This document shows, in pieces, positions 10,848-21,176 of a stretch of DNA of 64,000 bases (position 1 is the stretch's first letter; each line of letters begins with the position of its first letter). This stretch comes from Nostoc sp. DedSLP01 (GTDB lineage Bacteria > Cyanobacteriota > Cyanobacteriia > Cyanobacteriales > Nostocaceae), in contig JAVRCJ020000023.1 in the NCBI GenBank assembly GCA_034530875.2, positions 1-64,000 of the forward strand. Direction: 5' to 3'. The position numbers were made by a program, and so were the translations under genes. The notes under the pieces were generated by a model. The model ran no database searches. It was not told the origin of the DNA and was given only the letters and a program-made list of their open reading frames with translations.

Positions 10848-11049
10848 AACTAATTATTTGACAGTTAATAAATTGATGTCACTGTTAAAAGATTATGTTT
10901 CACAACTGTAAAGATGGTTGCGTAGATTGCTGACCTACGCATCGCAGGCATTGCATCTACTGACTTTTGATAATTTTTACTCACAAGAGGCTGCAAAGCA
11001 GGGAAAGGGTGCATAGGAGAGAAATGTTCCCCCGCTTTGCTCACTGTTG

Positions 11050-11115
11050 TGTGACATACTCCTACTTACTCCCTGCACCGCCCTTCGGGACGGTGTGGGG
11101 CTGCTGGCGGGAATA
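11050..11115 (-). mobile_element. IS200/IS605-like right-end remnant
   Basis: Minus strand: hairpin CACCGTCC-CGAA-GGGCGGTG then GGAGTATGTCACA; the same 13-mer occurs at 43101. Confidence 0.5.
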
Positions 11116-11117
11116 GC

Positions 11118-12494
11118 TCAATTGAATCCAAAGTTAGATAAGAAACTTTCCCACAACGAATATGTGAGATTTCCGACACTCAACTTCATCTTCTTACGAA
11201 TCTCTTGGATATTTCCGTTGGTTAACTTAGCTAAAGTCTGCGCCTCTTGTTCAAAACGCTTGGGCAAAGACCGTTTGTATTCTCTACCCGCCTCACACTT
11301 AACTTCTCCTTCAAATGGATATTGCAGGACATAACGCCCTTGGAATAATTCACGGTTGCCAGTTTGTTGGAAAATCAAGTCTTCAGGGAATGTATCGCGA
11401 GTGTAGCGGACATGCAGACGCGAGATGAAGACGTTAGTGTTAAAAGAGGGAAGAACAAGCTTGCGGAATGGTGGCACATTAGTTGGAGAATTATCATTTA
11501 GCCAAAATACGCCTGCTTCCTTGAGTTCCTCTGGAGTTAGGGGATCGGCAGAACAGGGATCGCAACTACCCATATCCCAAGCGTATTCCAAAAAACCAAC
11601 TCTCTTGCCTTCTTTGGTGTAAGCGGTTTGGAAAAGAGATTTGTAGAATTCACCAAATTCATTTTTGATAAATATGGGAAGGTTGACGTTGGAAGGTATT
11701 TTCACCGTCCGATAGTTAGTGATTTGTGCCTGTCCTTGGGGCGAGAGAATATAGACAATTAAATCCTGCTCTGTCGTGGCATTGAGCATACCTAAACGAA
11801 TTGGCAGCATGAACTTGGGTGATTGATAGGAAATCTGTAGCGGACGCAGGAACTGGTAGCCAGATTCCTCGAATTTATCCAAGTTGACTTTGGCAACAAA
11901 GAATTTCATTGAGGAACGGATATAAGGCCCAAGTAACTGTTTCGCCCCTTGAGGGATTTTGTAGCCATTGCGTGTTAGCCAAGTCTCGAGTCCGCCAGAT
12001 TCTTTGGCACTGAGGATTACGATGTCGTATTCGCCGACGTTGAAACGCGCTTCTACCGTCACACCTAAACTGCGATCGCGTGTCTGAACTTGGGCGCTAC
12101 CATTTAATGCTGCTGAATTTGCAGATATGCTTCTGGAAAATAGTACTATTGGGCCGCAAGGATTTGGGTCAAAATATTCCACTAATCGCGGCGCACTAAA
12201 AGCATCTAGGCGCTCGATAATTTTGGGTTCGGCCACACGAACTTGCTCTTTTTGCAGCACTGTTGGTACAGGTACTACGATTGCAAAATCTTTGACTTGC
12301 CCTTGGTAATCGTTTGCCATTGTCAGGACGGTGCGATCGCCATTGCGTGCGATCGCCACTTGAGAACCTTTGTTGTACAGCTTTGTATCAGCTTTAGCTA
12401 CATAAAATCCACAAAATGCCCAAGCTGTCGGTGCAAAGCAAAATACAACTATAATTGTCAACAGTAATGGTATTAAAAGTCGAAAAATCTTCAT
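11118..12494 (-). CDS. DUF2330 family secreted protein
   Basis: Signal peptide followed by AFCGFYVAKAD; PIRLG; SRLH. Confidence 0.85.
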   Translation of the reverse strand: MKIFRLLIPLLLTIIVVFCFAPTAWAFCGFYVAKADTKLYNKGSQVAIARNGDRTVLTMANDYQGQVKDFAIVVPVPTVLQKEQVRVAEPKIIERLDAFSAPRLVEYFDPNPCGPIVLFSRSISANSAALNGSAQVQTRDRSLGVTVEARFNVGEYDIVILSAKESGGLETWLTRNGYKIPQGAKQLLGPYIRSSMKFFVAKVNLDKFEESGYQFLRPLQISYQSPKFMLPIRLGMLNATTEQDLIVYILSPQGQAQITNYRTVKIPSNVNLPIFIKNEFGEFYKSLFQTAYTKEGKRVGFLEYAWDMGSCDPCSADPLTPEELKEAGVFWLNDNSPTNVPPFRKLVLPSFNTNVFISRLHVRYTRDTFPEDLIFQQTGNRELFQGRYVLQYPFEGEVKCEAGREYKRSLPKRFEQEAQTLAKLTNGNIQEIRKKMKLSVGNLTYSLWESFLSNFGFN

Positions 12495-12546
12495 TTTTGA
12501 GACCTCTATAATTAAATGTTGATTTAATAGTTGGGAGCGAGCAGTT

Positions 12547-12638
12547 ATACCAATTCGCTGCTTTTCACAATTAAGAAAGCCAGATATGGCATAGCTTTTG
12601 GGGTTTGAATGTGTTGCCTCATTTTAGAGAATTGGTAT
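12547..12638. mobile_element. MITE-like element with ATACCAATT termini
   Basis: ATACCAATTC...GAATTGGTAT; same termini at 36994-37139. Confidence 0.55.
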
Positions 12639-13510
12639 TAGGAGTGCTGAGTCAAAAGTTCTCCCTCTGCTTTTCGATCTTTTTTATCTTCGCCATCTCC
12701 TTCATCTTTTCTTTGCCAAGAAAATTGTGGGGCTAACCAGAGAACATCTAGCACAATACTTAACGGGGCAAGGATAAATAGCGCCCAGAAGACTGCGGTG
12801 GGAATAAACAAATAATTCCGCAGGATGAAAGTTAATCCGGCGATACAAGATGCCCAAACTACCCGGCCAATTCGGGAATTGGGAATCGATCGCGGATCTG
12901 TAATCATAAATAGGGCGAATAACAACAACGAGCCACTCATCAACCGATGCCAGTAAACATCCCAAGTCCAACCCAGCCAGAGATTGCGAATCGCTTCTAG
13001 TAAGGAATATGCCCCCAAAAAAGCGGCTGTGGTATCCCAGCGACCAATGCGCTGCAAAATCATGCCGCCAGTGCCGGTAAATAACAGTGCATACCACCAC
13101 TCTTCGCCCCATTGCCCCGGCGAAACCCAAGCATCGGAGGTCACAACTAAGACACAAATGATGCCAAAATTAGCGGGATTGAAGAAATGCTTCTCACCAA
13201 ATTTAAAAATAAATTTGCTAGCGATCGCACTTGCTGCCGCTATTACCATTGTCGTCCAGCGATCGGCCCGTAACAGTAGGCTTAGTCCTAGTGAGGTGAT
13301 TAAAGCACTGCGAAGACTAGGTATTTTTTGTTTGCCTGTTAACCATGACAATATCCATTGGGTTAGTAGGCAAGTAGCGATTAATACTCCAATCAACTCT
13401 GGCCGCAACGTCCAGTCTCGCGTACCAATTCCCACAACTAGGAATAAGCTCAGAAATGAAATTTGATAATCTCGTATATCTTTGAATAAAATTAACATTT
13501 CATGCAGCAT
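12638..13510 (-). CDS. RnfD/NqrB-family membrane protein
   Basis: KHFFNPANFG, FMITDPRSIP, many TM segments. Confidence 0.85.
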   Translation of the reverse strand: MLHEMLILFKDIRDYQISFLSLFLVVGIGTRDWTLRPELIGVLIATCLLTQWILSWLTGKQKIPSLRSALITSLGLSLLLRADRWTTMVIAAASAIASKFIFKFGEKHFFNPANFGIICVLVVTSDAWVSPGQWGEEWWYALLFTGTGGMILQRIGRWDTTAAFLGAYSLLEAIRNLWLGWTWDVYWHRLMSGSLLLFALFMITDPRSIPNSRIGRVVWASCIAGLTFILRNYLFIPTAVFWALFILAPLSIVLDVLWLAPQFSWQRKDEGDGEDKKDRKAEGELLTQHS

Positions 13511-13766
13511 TTATTCGTATATTTATCATCAATTTAGACGAGTGCTAGGTTAAAAACTATTGCTCTTACAGATTTTTTACAAACAAAATAGAGCATTGGG
13601 ATTTTCCAGCGGACTTTTCCGAACTGGTTGGGAGCTTTTGTGTTAGAAAAGCTACTGCTTAGGGAAAGCTTAAAGTAAGACTTTGTTTTGAAGACTTTGA
13701 TTGTAATTCATCAACCGAAGGATAGAAATTACACAACAAAAGTGGCAACGCATACATAAGTTGAAT

Positions 13767-13788
13767 AAATAGTATTTTTATACTATTT
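13767..13788. promoter_or_regulatory. Palindromic operator candidate upstream of the RiPP operon
   Basis: AAATAGTAT-TTTT-ATACTATTT, 9-bp arms, ~110 bp before ATG 13899. Confidence 0.35.
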
Positions 13789-13898
13789 ACTGACAAATAA
13801 TTACTTGTTGCTATAAATGATTTTTCAAACTAAATCTGAGCGTACAACCTTATTAATTATGTTTCTAAACGAGTTTTTAATTAACAGCGCAAATCAAT

Positions 13899-14924
13899 AT
13901 GACTCAGATATTCTCTAGCTTTGATAATTTTCGGAATTTACAAGCAAGCGATTTCGAGTGGATAGAGTCAATGGCTCAAGCCGAAACCTATCAACCTGGG
14001 ACAGTTTTAATCAAAGCAGGTAAATTTTCTCCTTCGATCTATCTCTGTTTAAATGGCAATCTTACAGCCACTTCTACCCAAGCAGATGACAGCAAGCAGC
14101 AATTAATGGAGATATCGGCTGGCGAACTAATTGGCGAAACTTCCTTACTAGACGATCGCCCAGATTTATACTCGGTCACAGTTACCGAAACTGCCCAATT
14201 ACTAACCATACCCAAACACAATATCGAACACCGTTTGCAAAGCGATCGCGATTTTGCAGCTAGTTTCTATCATTTATTATCGATTAACCTGTCAGAACGG
14301 TTGCGGAAATTAACTAATTTGATGGGCAAACAGAACATCAGAGAAGGAGAACCATTACGGAAAGTTCTGGTTGTATTTGCGGTTCTTAACGACAGCGATA
14401 TCTCTTGGATGGTAGCTAATGGCAGAGCCGAAAAAGCAGCATTAAATACTGTTCTAATTCAACAAAATCGAGAAGTACCAGCCGTTTATCTTTTATTAGA
14501 AGGGTTAGTCGGCATTTACTTACAAATAAACAACAATGATGGAGCGCAAGAAAAAGAGATTGCCAAACGGGTTAAAGGCGAGATTTTAGGCGATATGTCG
14601 TTTGTTGATGGCGGTACAGCTTCGGTAACTGTCAAAGCCCTAGAAAATGCCTGGATTCTAGCGATATCAAGACAAACCCTAACTGCTAAGTTAAATGCAG
14701 ATCGGGCATTTGCCAGTCGTTTTTATCGTTCTATTGCCTTGACTTTATCCAATCGCTGTTTAGATTTATTAGCAAGGAGCAGTACTGCTATGCTCTCATC
14801 CGAGACAGTAGAAATGTTGTCAGCCGATATTGAAGTTGAAGACGAACTCGATTTAGATATGTTGGCAGGAACAGCGATCGCAGGTACTCGTTTCGACTGG
14901 ATGATTAATCAACTCCGCCGCTAA
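13899..14924 (+). CDS. Tandem cyclic-nucleotide-binding domain protein, bacteriocin-transport-associated (TIGR03896-like)
   Basis: Two cNMP domains (GELIGETSLL, GEILGDMSFV); immediately upstream of HlyD. Confidence 0.85.
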   Translation: MTQIFSSFDNFRNLQASDFEWIESMAQAETYQPGTVLIKAGKFSPSIYLCLNGNLTATSTQADDSKQQLMEISAGELIGETSLLDDRPDLYSVTVTETAQLLTIPKHNIEHRLQSDRDFAASFYHLLSINLSERLRKLTNLMGKQNIREGEPLRKVLVVFAVLNDSDISWMVANGRAEKAALNTVLIQQNREVPAVYLLLEGLVGIYLQINNNDGAQEKEIAKRVKGEILGDMSFVDGGTASVTVKALENAWILAISRQTLTAKLNADRAFASRFYRSIALTLSNRCLDLLARSSTAMLSSETVEMLSADIEVEDELDLDMLAGTAIAGTRFDWMINQLRR

Positions 14925-14938
14925 CTAAATCAAAACAG

Positions 14939-16390
14939 ATGCTTTTTAATCGAAATAATAAAAAAGAGAGCATTTTCCGCCAAGAATCTTTAGAACGTCT
15001 ATCCTCACCGGAACGCTTAGATCGGTTAATGCAAGTAGTTAGCCCGAAAGATTGGCTGGCGTTGGTCGCGTTGAACGGTTTAGCAATTGGCGGCGTAATC
15101 TGGAGCATAGTTGGTCGCATTCCCATTACCGTTGACGGTCGAGGTATATTTATTCAACCTCGTCAAGTAGTTGAGTTTCAATCATCTATCGCCGGACAAA
15201 TTCAAGCTTTAAATGTTGCTAGCGGACAATGTGTCAAGAAAAACCAACTCCTCGCAACAATTTATCCGGCTGACTTGCAACAACAGTTACAGCTAGGGCG
15301 TCAACAGTTAGCTCAATTGCAAAGACAAGCTCAAGATACCTTGGTTTTATCCAAACAACAGCTAGAAACAGAAAGAAATATCATTGCTGCCAATCGCAAC
15401 AGCTTGCAACAACGTCTCCAAGATATTAGTGCGCTTGCACCGCTATTGAGAGATAAAGAACTAACCGCGATCGCCCAACAGCGTCAAAGTTTAGAACAGC
15501 GTCTTCAAGATGCTCAAACTTTAGTACCAGTGATGCAGACAAGGCTCAAGCAACGACAAAGTTTAGCAGATGCGGGGGGATTATCAAAAGATTCGTTGCT
15601 GCAAGCCGAACAAGAGTACGTGCAAACACGTCAGAACCTTGCTGATATTCAAGTTCAACTCAAACAACTAGAAGCTCGCAATAGCGAAGTTGAGCGCACT
15701 TATTTAGAACAAATCCGTTCTATGAGCGACGTTCAGATTCAGTTAGGAGAACTGAATGCTAAAAGTAAACGCTTGGATAGAGAAAATTTAGAAACTACAA
15801 ATCAAAGGAATAAAGAAATTGCCGCAGTTAACCGAGATATTGCTAGATTAGAGCAGCAAATAAAAGATAATAGTCAAATCTTAAGTCCCCAAGCTGGATG
15901 TATTTTGGAGTTAAATACAACATTGGGGCAAGTGGTTCAACCTGGAACTCGATTAGGAATATTGCGTATAGGTAGCACTCAGGAGTCAGCTAAGGCGATC
16001 GCTTATTTTGCGATTAAAGACGGCAAACAAATTCAGCCAGGAATGTCGATTTTGATTACTCCCGATACAGTCCAAAGAGAGCGATTTGGGGGAATTGTGG
16101 GAAAAATTACTCACGTTTCGCCACTACCAGTAACTCAAGAAGGAACTGTTTTGGTAATTGGCAATCCAGAAGTTGTTAGAAGTTTGATTGGTGAAACTGG
16201 CGCGATCGAAGCAACTGCTAATCTTACTAACGATAGCAGCACTGTTACTGGTTATAAATGGTCATCTTCTCAAGGGCCAAATTCAAAAATTACTTCGGGA
16301 ACTACAGCTTCAGTTCGAGTCACAGTTGAAGAAAGAGCGCCAATTACTTTTGTACTGCCGATTTTACGAGAATTTACTGGAATAAAATAA
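14939..16390 (+). CDS. NHLM/Nif11 bacteriocin secretion protein, HlyD family (TIGR03794-like)
   Basis: IFRQESLERLSSPERLDRLMQVVSP, coiled coil, YKWSSSQGP, EERAPITFVLP. Confidence 0.93.
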   Translation: MLFNRNNKKESIFRQESLERLSSPERLDRLMQVVSPKDWLALVALNGLAIGGVIWSIVGRIPITVDGRGIFIQPRQVVEFQSSIAGQIQALNVASGQCVKKNQLLATIYPADLQQQLQLGRQQLAQLQRQAQDTLVLSKQQLETERNIIAANRNSLQQRLQDISALAPLLRDKELTAIAQQRQSLEQRLQDAQTLVPVMQTRLKQRQSLADAGGLSKDSLLQAEQEYVQTRQNLADIQVQLKQLEARNSEVERTYLEQIRSMSDVQIQLGELNAKSKRLDRENLETTNQRNKEIAAVNRDIARLEQQIKDNSQILSPQAGCILELNTTLGQVVQPGTRLGILRIGSTQESAKAIAYFAIKDGKQIQPGMSILITPDTVQRERFGGIVGKITHVSPLPVTQEGTVLVIGNPEVVRSLIGETGAIEATANLTNDSSTVTGYKWSSSQGPNSKITSGTTASVRVTVEERAPITFVLPILREFTGIK

Positions 16391-16420
16391 TTTATATTTT
16401 GCTAATCAAATATATTAACG

Positions 16421-18658
16421 ATGAATTTCTTTAAAAGATTTAAAAAATTAGATCCAGAAAACACAAATTCTCAAGTTTCCAAATTTCAAAATATTCGCTT
16501 TAAAACGCCAACTTTGTTGCAGATGGAAGCAGTAGAGTGCGGGGCGGCAGCTTTGGGAATAGTATTAGCTTATTATGGTCGCATTGTTCCTTTAGCAGAA
16601 CTGCGGGTTAGTTGTGGCGTTTCCCGCGATGGTTCTAAAGCATCAAATGTTTTAAAAGCAGCTAGAAACTACGGGTTACAAGCAAAAGGCTTTAAAAAAG
16701 GACTTAACCAACTGCAACAATTAAAACCACCTTTTATTGTTTTCTGGAACTTCAATCACTTTTTAGTGGTAGAAGGTTTCGGACAAGAACGGGTTTGGTT
16801 GAACGATCCAGCTACGGGGCCGCGCAGCGTCAGTCTGCAAGAGTTTGACGAAGCTTATACAGGCGTAGTTTTACTCATGGAACCAAGTGCAGAATTTAAA
16901 AAAGGCGGTAGAAAACCAAGTATTATTAATGCGCTTTCCAAACGCTTGCGAGGCTCGTTTGACGAGCTTTTTTTCTGCATTGTGGCTGGATTTTTTTTAG
17001 TTATTCCCGAATTAGCTATTGCTTCCCTCAGTCAAGTTTTTGTTGATAATATCTTGATTGAAAATCGCTTTGATTGGTTAAAGCCTTTGGTGTTAGGAAT
17101 GGGAATTGCAGTATTGTTGCAAGCAATATTAACAATTCTGCAAACCCGAAAGCTGCGGTATTTACAAATTAGATTGTCAATTAGCATGACAGGAAATTTT
17201 TTATGGCACGTTCTCCGCTTGCCAATTGGTTTTTATGCTCAAAGATTTGCGGGAGAAATTAGCAATCGTGCTGCTCTTAATTATAAGGTAGCGAAAATAC
17301 TTTCCGGTCAGTTAGCGCGAACGACTATAGATGCAGTGATGTTAGTTTTTTATGCGGCGGTGATGTTAGCTTACGATTGGATGCTAACAGCGATCGGGTT
17401 AGTAGCAGTAGCAATTAATATTGGGTTTTTGCAATGGGTAGCGCGAAAAAGAATTGATACAAATATGCGCCTAAGTGTAGATTATGGCAAAATTTCTGGC
17501 GTAGAAATTGGGGCTTTAGAAAGTATTGAAACCATTAAATCAGCAGCATTAGAATCAGATTTCTTTAGTCGCTGGGCAGGATATTATGCTAAAGCTAATA
17601 ACTCGCAACAAGAATTGCTGCAAACCGATTTAATTTTGGAAGCTTTACCACCTTTACTGACAGCTTTAACTTCCATGCTGTTGCTAGTTATAGGAGGTTT
17701 GCGAGTGATAGATGGCTATATCAGTATTGGGATGTTAGTGGCTTTTCAAACTTTAATGACTAGATTGCAGCAACCAGTTAATAGTTTAGTTGGTTTGGGC
17801 AGTACAATTCAAGCGATTGATGGCGATTTGAAGCGATTAGATGATGCTTTAGATAACGCGATCGATCCAAATTTAAACTCAGAATTACAGCGCGATCTAA
17901 CTCCAATTGAATATGCTAAATTTTCAGAACGATGTCGCTTGCAAGGATATGTTGAACTGCGAAACATTACCTTTGGTTACAGTCGGATAGAAGAACCATT
18001 AATTCAAAACTTTAGCTGTCAACTCAAACCAGGACAAAGAGTAGCATTTGTAGGTACTAGCGGTTCGGGTAAATCTACTCTTTCTAAAATTGTTACGGGA
18101 CTGTACGAACTTTGGGAAGGAGAAATCTTATTTGATGGCATTCCTCGACAACAAATTCCCCGTGCAGTGTTAGCTAATTCCCTCTCAATGGTGGAACAAG
18201 ATATTTTTCTATTTAGCGGAACAGTACGAGATAATTTGACGCTGTGGGATGAAACAATTCCTAATTCCCAATTACTAAAAGCTTGTCAAGATGCCGCAAT
18301 TTTAGATGTAGTAATGGCAATTCCTGGGGGTTTAGATGGCAAATTATTGCAAGGAGGTGCTAATTTAAGCGGAGGTCAGCGTCAACGGTTAGAAATTGCC
18401 CGTTCTCTAGTTAATAATCCGGCAATTTTAGTGATGGATGAAGCAACCAGCGCTTTAGATGCAGAGACAGAAAAAATTATCGATCGCCACATTCGACGGC
18501 GAGGTTGTACTTGCATTATTATCGCTCACCGTTTGAGTACAATTCGGGATTGCGATGAGATTATTGTTTTAGAACGAGGGAAAGTAGTGCAAAGAGGTAC
18601 TCACGAAGAAATGAAAGATATTGATGGTGCTTATGCTCGATTAATTAAAGCTGAATAA
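16421..18658 (+). CDS. NHLM export ABC transporter with C39 peptidase (TIGR03796-like)
   Basis: LQMEAVECGAAALG (catalytic Cys), FWNFNHF, GTSGSGKST, LSGGQRQR. Confidence 0.95.
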   Translation: MNFFKRFKKLDPENTNSQVSKFQNIRFKTPTLLQMEAVECGAAALGIVLAYYGRIVPLAELRVSCGVSRDGSKASNVLKAARNYGLQAKGFKKGLNQLQQLKPPFIVFWNFNHFLVVEGFGQERVWLNDPATGPRSVSLQEFDEAYTGVVLLMEPSAEFKKGGRKPSIINALSKRLRGSFDELFFCIVAGFFLVIPELAIASLSQVFVDNILIENRFDWLKPLVLGMGIAVLLQAILTILQTRKLRYLQIRLSISMTGNFLWHVLRLPIGFYAQRFAGEISNRAALNYKVAKILSGQLARTTIDAVMLVFYAAVMLAYDWMLTAIGLVAVAINIGFLQWVARKRIDTNMRLSVDYGKISGVEIGALESIETIKSAALESDFFSRWAGYYAKANNSQQELLQTDLILEALPPLLTALTSMLLLVIGGLRVIDGYISIGMLVAFQTLMTRLQQPVNSLVGLGSTIQAIDGDLKRLDDALDNAIDPNLNSELQRDLTPIEYAKFSERCRLQGYVELRNITFGYSRIEEPLIQNFSCQLKPGQRVAFVGTSGSGKSTLSKIVTGLYELWEGEILFDGIPRQQIPRAVLANSLSMVEQDIFLFSGTVRDNLTLWDETIPNSQLLKACQDAAILDVVMAIPGGLDGKLLQGGANLSGGQRQRLEIARSLVNNPAILVMDEATSALDAETEKIIDRHIRRRGCTCIIIAHRLSTIRDCDEIIVLERGKVVQRGTHEEMKDIDGAYARLIKAE

Positions 18659-18762
18659 AAAGTATCAATAACTTGTGTAAATATTTTTATACTCCAAACA
18701 AAAATGAAAAATATGAATATAATGAGAAGCGATAAAATCACCTTTCTAGAGGGAGAGATATA

Positions 18763-19041
18763 ATGAGCCTAACTGCTTGTACAGAATTTTTAGACAAAAT
18801 CAATAGCGATGCCACTTTGCAACAAGAAGCAATTACCGCCTTAGAAGATAAAGAGAAGATTGAAGAAGCAGCTAATGTTTTTGTATTGCTCGGAGCAAAG
18901 CATGGATATGAATTTACCGCCGCAGAAGCTACCCAAAAGTATCAAGAAATTACTGCTGAGGGAGAAGGGGAACTTGATGAGGCGGCATTGGAACAGGTAG
19001 CGGGCGGGATACGCTGGCGAAGAGCAAATGAGGGACTATAA
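18763..19041 (+). CDS. Nif11-leader RiPP precursor 1, core IRWRRANEGL
   Basis: FLDKINSDATLQ...GYEFT...GELDEAALEQVAGG double-Gly leader; RBS AGGGAGAGA. Confidence 0.92.
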   Translation: MSLTACTEFLDKINSDATLQQEAITALEDKEKIEEAANVFVLLGAKHGYEFTAAEATQKYQEITAEGEGELDEAALEQVAGGIRWRRANEGL

Positions 19042-19212
19042 ATAGTCTTCTTTTAGTATTTGCTACTGAGGCAGGGAAGAAGCAGAAAAACCAACAATTA
19101 ACTTGTTCTTCCAGTGAAGCTTTTTACTTGTTGGTTTCTTTTTCTCTCGCACTTTTGAGCGCATCCGTTGGAACTCTTGCCGAAATTTTATAAAGTCAGG
19201 TTTTTTTTATTA

Positions 19213-19316
19213 CAGCTATTTTCAGGTAAATGAACCACATCTTTTTTATCTCACGCAAAGACGCAGAGGCGCAGAGAGAAATACAAGAGTGTGGTCTAAA
19301 TAGATGAAAACTGCTG
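19213..19316. mobile_element. MITE, 104 bp, with TA target duplication
   Basis: Imperfect 27-bp TIR CAGCTATTTTCA...TGAAAACTGCTG; TA at 19211-12 and 19317-18; empty site in the paralogous spacer at 19917. Confidence 0.85.
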
Positions 19317-19483
19317 TAACTCAATATAAGTGTTCGTAAAGGCTAATAATACCCGCAAAATCTGAAAATATGCTTGTTCTTGTTTAAATATTTTTTACAC
19401 CTCGAACCTAGAAATAGCGTCAAAATAAAAATGCTCATATAATACAAAGCGATAAAAATCATCTTTCTAGAGGGAGAGATACA

Positions 19484-19762
19484 GTGAGTCTAGCAGCTTG
19501 TACAGAATTTTTAGACAAAATCAATAGCGATGCGGCTTTGCAACAAGAAACAACTACCGTTTTAGAAGGCAAAGAGGAGATTGAAGAAGCAGCTAACGTC
19601 TTTGTCTTGCTTGGGGCAAAGCATGGATATGAATTTACCGCCGCCGAAGCTATCCAAAAGTATCAAGAAATTATGGTTCAAGGAGAAGGAGAACTTGATG
19701 ATGAGGTATTGGAACAGGTGGCGGGAGGTAGAGGTAGATCTTATGGTGTAAGTCTTGCGTAA
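19484..19762 (+). CDS. Nif11-leader RiPP precursor 2, core RGRSYGVSLA
   Basis: GTG start, near-identical leader ending ELDDEVLEQVAGG. Confidence 0.92.
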   Translation: MSLAACTEFLDKINSDAALQQETTTVLEGKEEIEEAANVFVLLGAKHGYEFTAAEAIQKYQEIMVQGEGELDDEVLEQVAGGRGRSYGVSLA

Positions 19763-20012
19763 GTACGGAAATGACTCCGCAGCGCAGAAAGAGAAAAACT
19801 AGCGAATAAATTGCTTCCCTAGTAAAACTTTTTACTGGCTGTTTTTTTCGTACTTCTATGTGCCTTCGTTTGAACTCTTACCATACTGTTATAAAGTCAG
19901 AATTTGAGATTTTTATTAACTAAATATAAGTGTTAACCAAGGCTAATAATACTCACCACACCTACTCGCCAATAATCCTTACCAAAAAAAGCTAGTGAAG
20001 GAAATTGTTAAT

Positions 20013-21121
20013 ATGAACTCATGCCAACAGAGCGATTTAGATTTAGTTAAACAATACACCTCTGAAGAATTAATTTCTTCAGAAGCTTGGCAAAAAATTC
20101 AACAGTTAGTTCCCAAGTTACCGCCATTTTCTCAATTTATTTTAGAGTGCCGTTTAGTGGCTGATAATCCTCAGGTAGATTTTTCGATGTATATGCAACG
20201 GAAATTACCCGTCTGCACAGACATTTTTAAACACCCGCTTTGGCAACGCATTCACAACTTCTATCAACAATGGTTAAATCCAACTTCTCCATTACAGGAT
20301 ATTTTAGTAGCTGGCCCAGAGTTTGACCTTGAGGACGTTTTACCAGATCCGCCTATTCCTAGTTTTTTTTTGGCTTATACAAAGAATTGACTCAAGAATT
20401 TCAGGATACAAGCGGCAACATAACTGAACAGGTAACGCAAAAAGAACTTGATAATGCTAAAGAAATTCTGACTCAAGTTTGGGGATTAATGAAACAAGAA
20501 AATATATCCCCTGCTGTCGAGCGCAAACTCGAACAATGCTTTGATTTGATGCCTGCCAATACTGATATAAATTTAGTTGGCATGATGTTTGCTCGTCCCG
20601 TGCAAACTACCAGACTTCAGTTAGCAGGATTTACAAAAGAACAAACTATTCCCTATTTAGAAAAGATTGGTTGGCAAGGGGAATCATACCGTTTAGCAGA
20701 AATGATGGCGATCGCTCCTGCTAATTTTAGCTCTTTCATACTAACTTTTGATGTAGACGAGCAAGTATATCCGAGAATTGGGTTAAAGTATTTTACTCCC
20801 TGCACTACTAAAGACGCTCCGCCTTGGCAGGAATTTTTAGAAATCTTAGTGAGACATCAGTTATGCAGTCCAGAAAAAGGGGAAGCATTACGAAAGTGGC
20901 CTGGCTATACGCAAATCAAAGGAAGTTCGCCAAGTTTCCTCCAGATAATAGAGAATGCTGCGGCACTGCGAGAAAATCGACTGCTCAACGTCATGGAGAG
21001 AAATTTCGGTCAAATTAAAATGGTCTATCAGCCCGGACTACCCTTTGAAGCTAAAGCTTACCTCACTTGTTCCTGTGCAAATTTTCTTGTACCGCGCAAC
21101 CTAGAAATAGCGTCAAAATAA
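20013..21121 (+). pseudogene. Frameshifted uncharacterised maturase, possibly ABBA prenyltransferase-like (~370 aa if fused)
   Basis: ORFs 19995-20390 and 20387-21121 join by adding one T to the T9 run at 20363-20371, giving PIPSFFFGLYKELTQ. Motifs LECRL, EFD, GMMFAR, YPRIGL, KMVY, EAKAYL. Confidence 0.6.
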
Positions 21122-21176
21122 AAAACTTAATATAATGAGGAGCGTAAAAAATCATCCTTCTAAAGGGAGAGATATA

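Noticed and set aside
21135..21176. N-terminal extension of precursor 3 in the ORF track
   Set aside because: It is the conserved promoter/RBS block; paralogs start at the position equivalent to 21177
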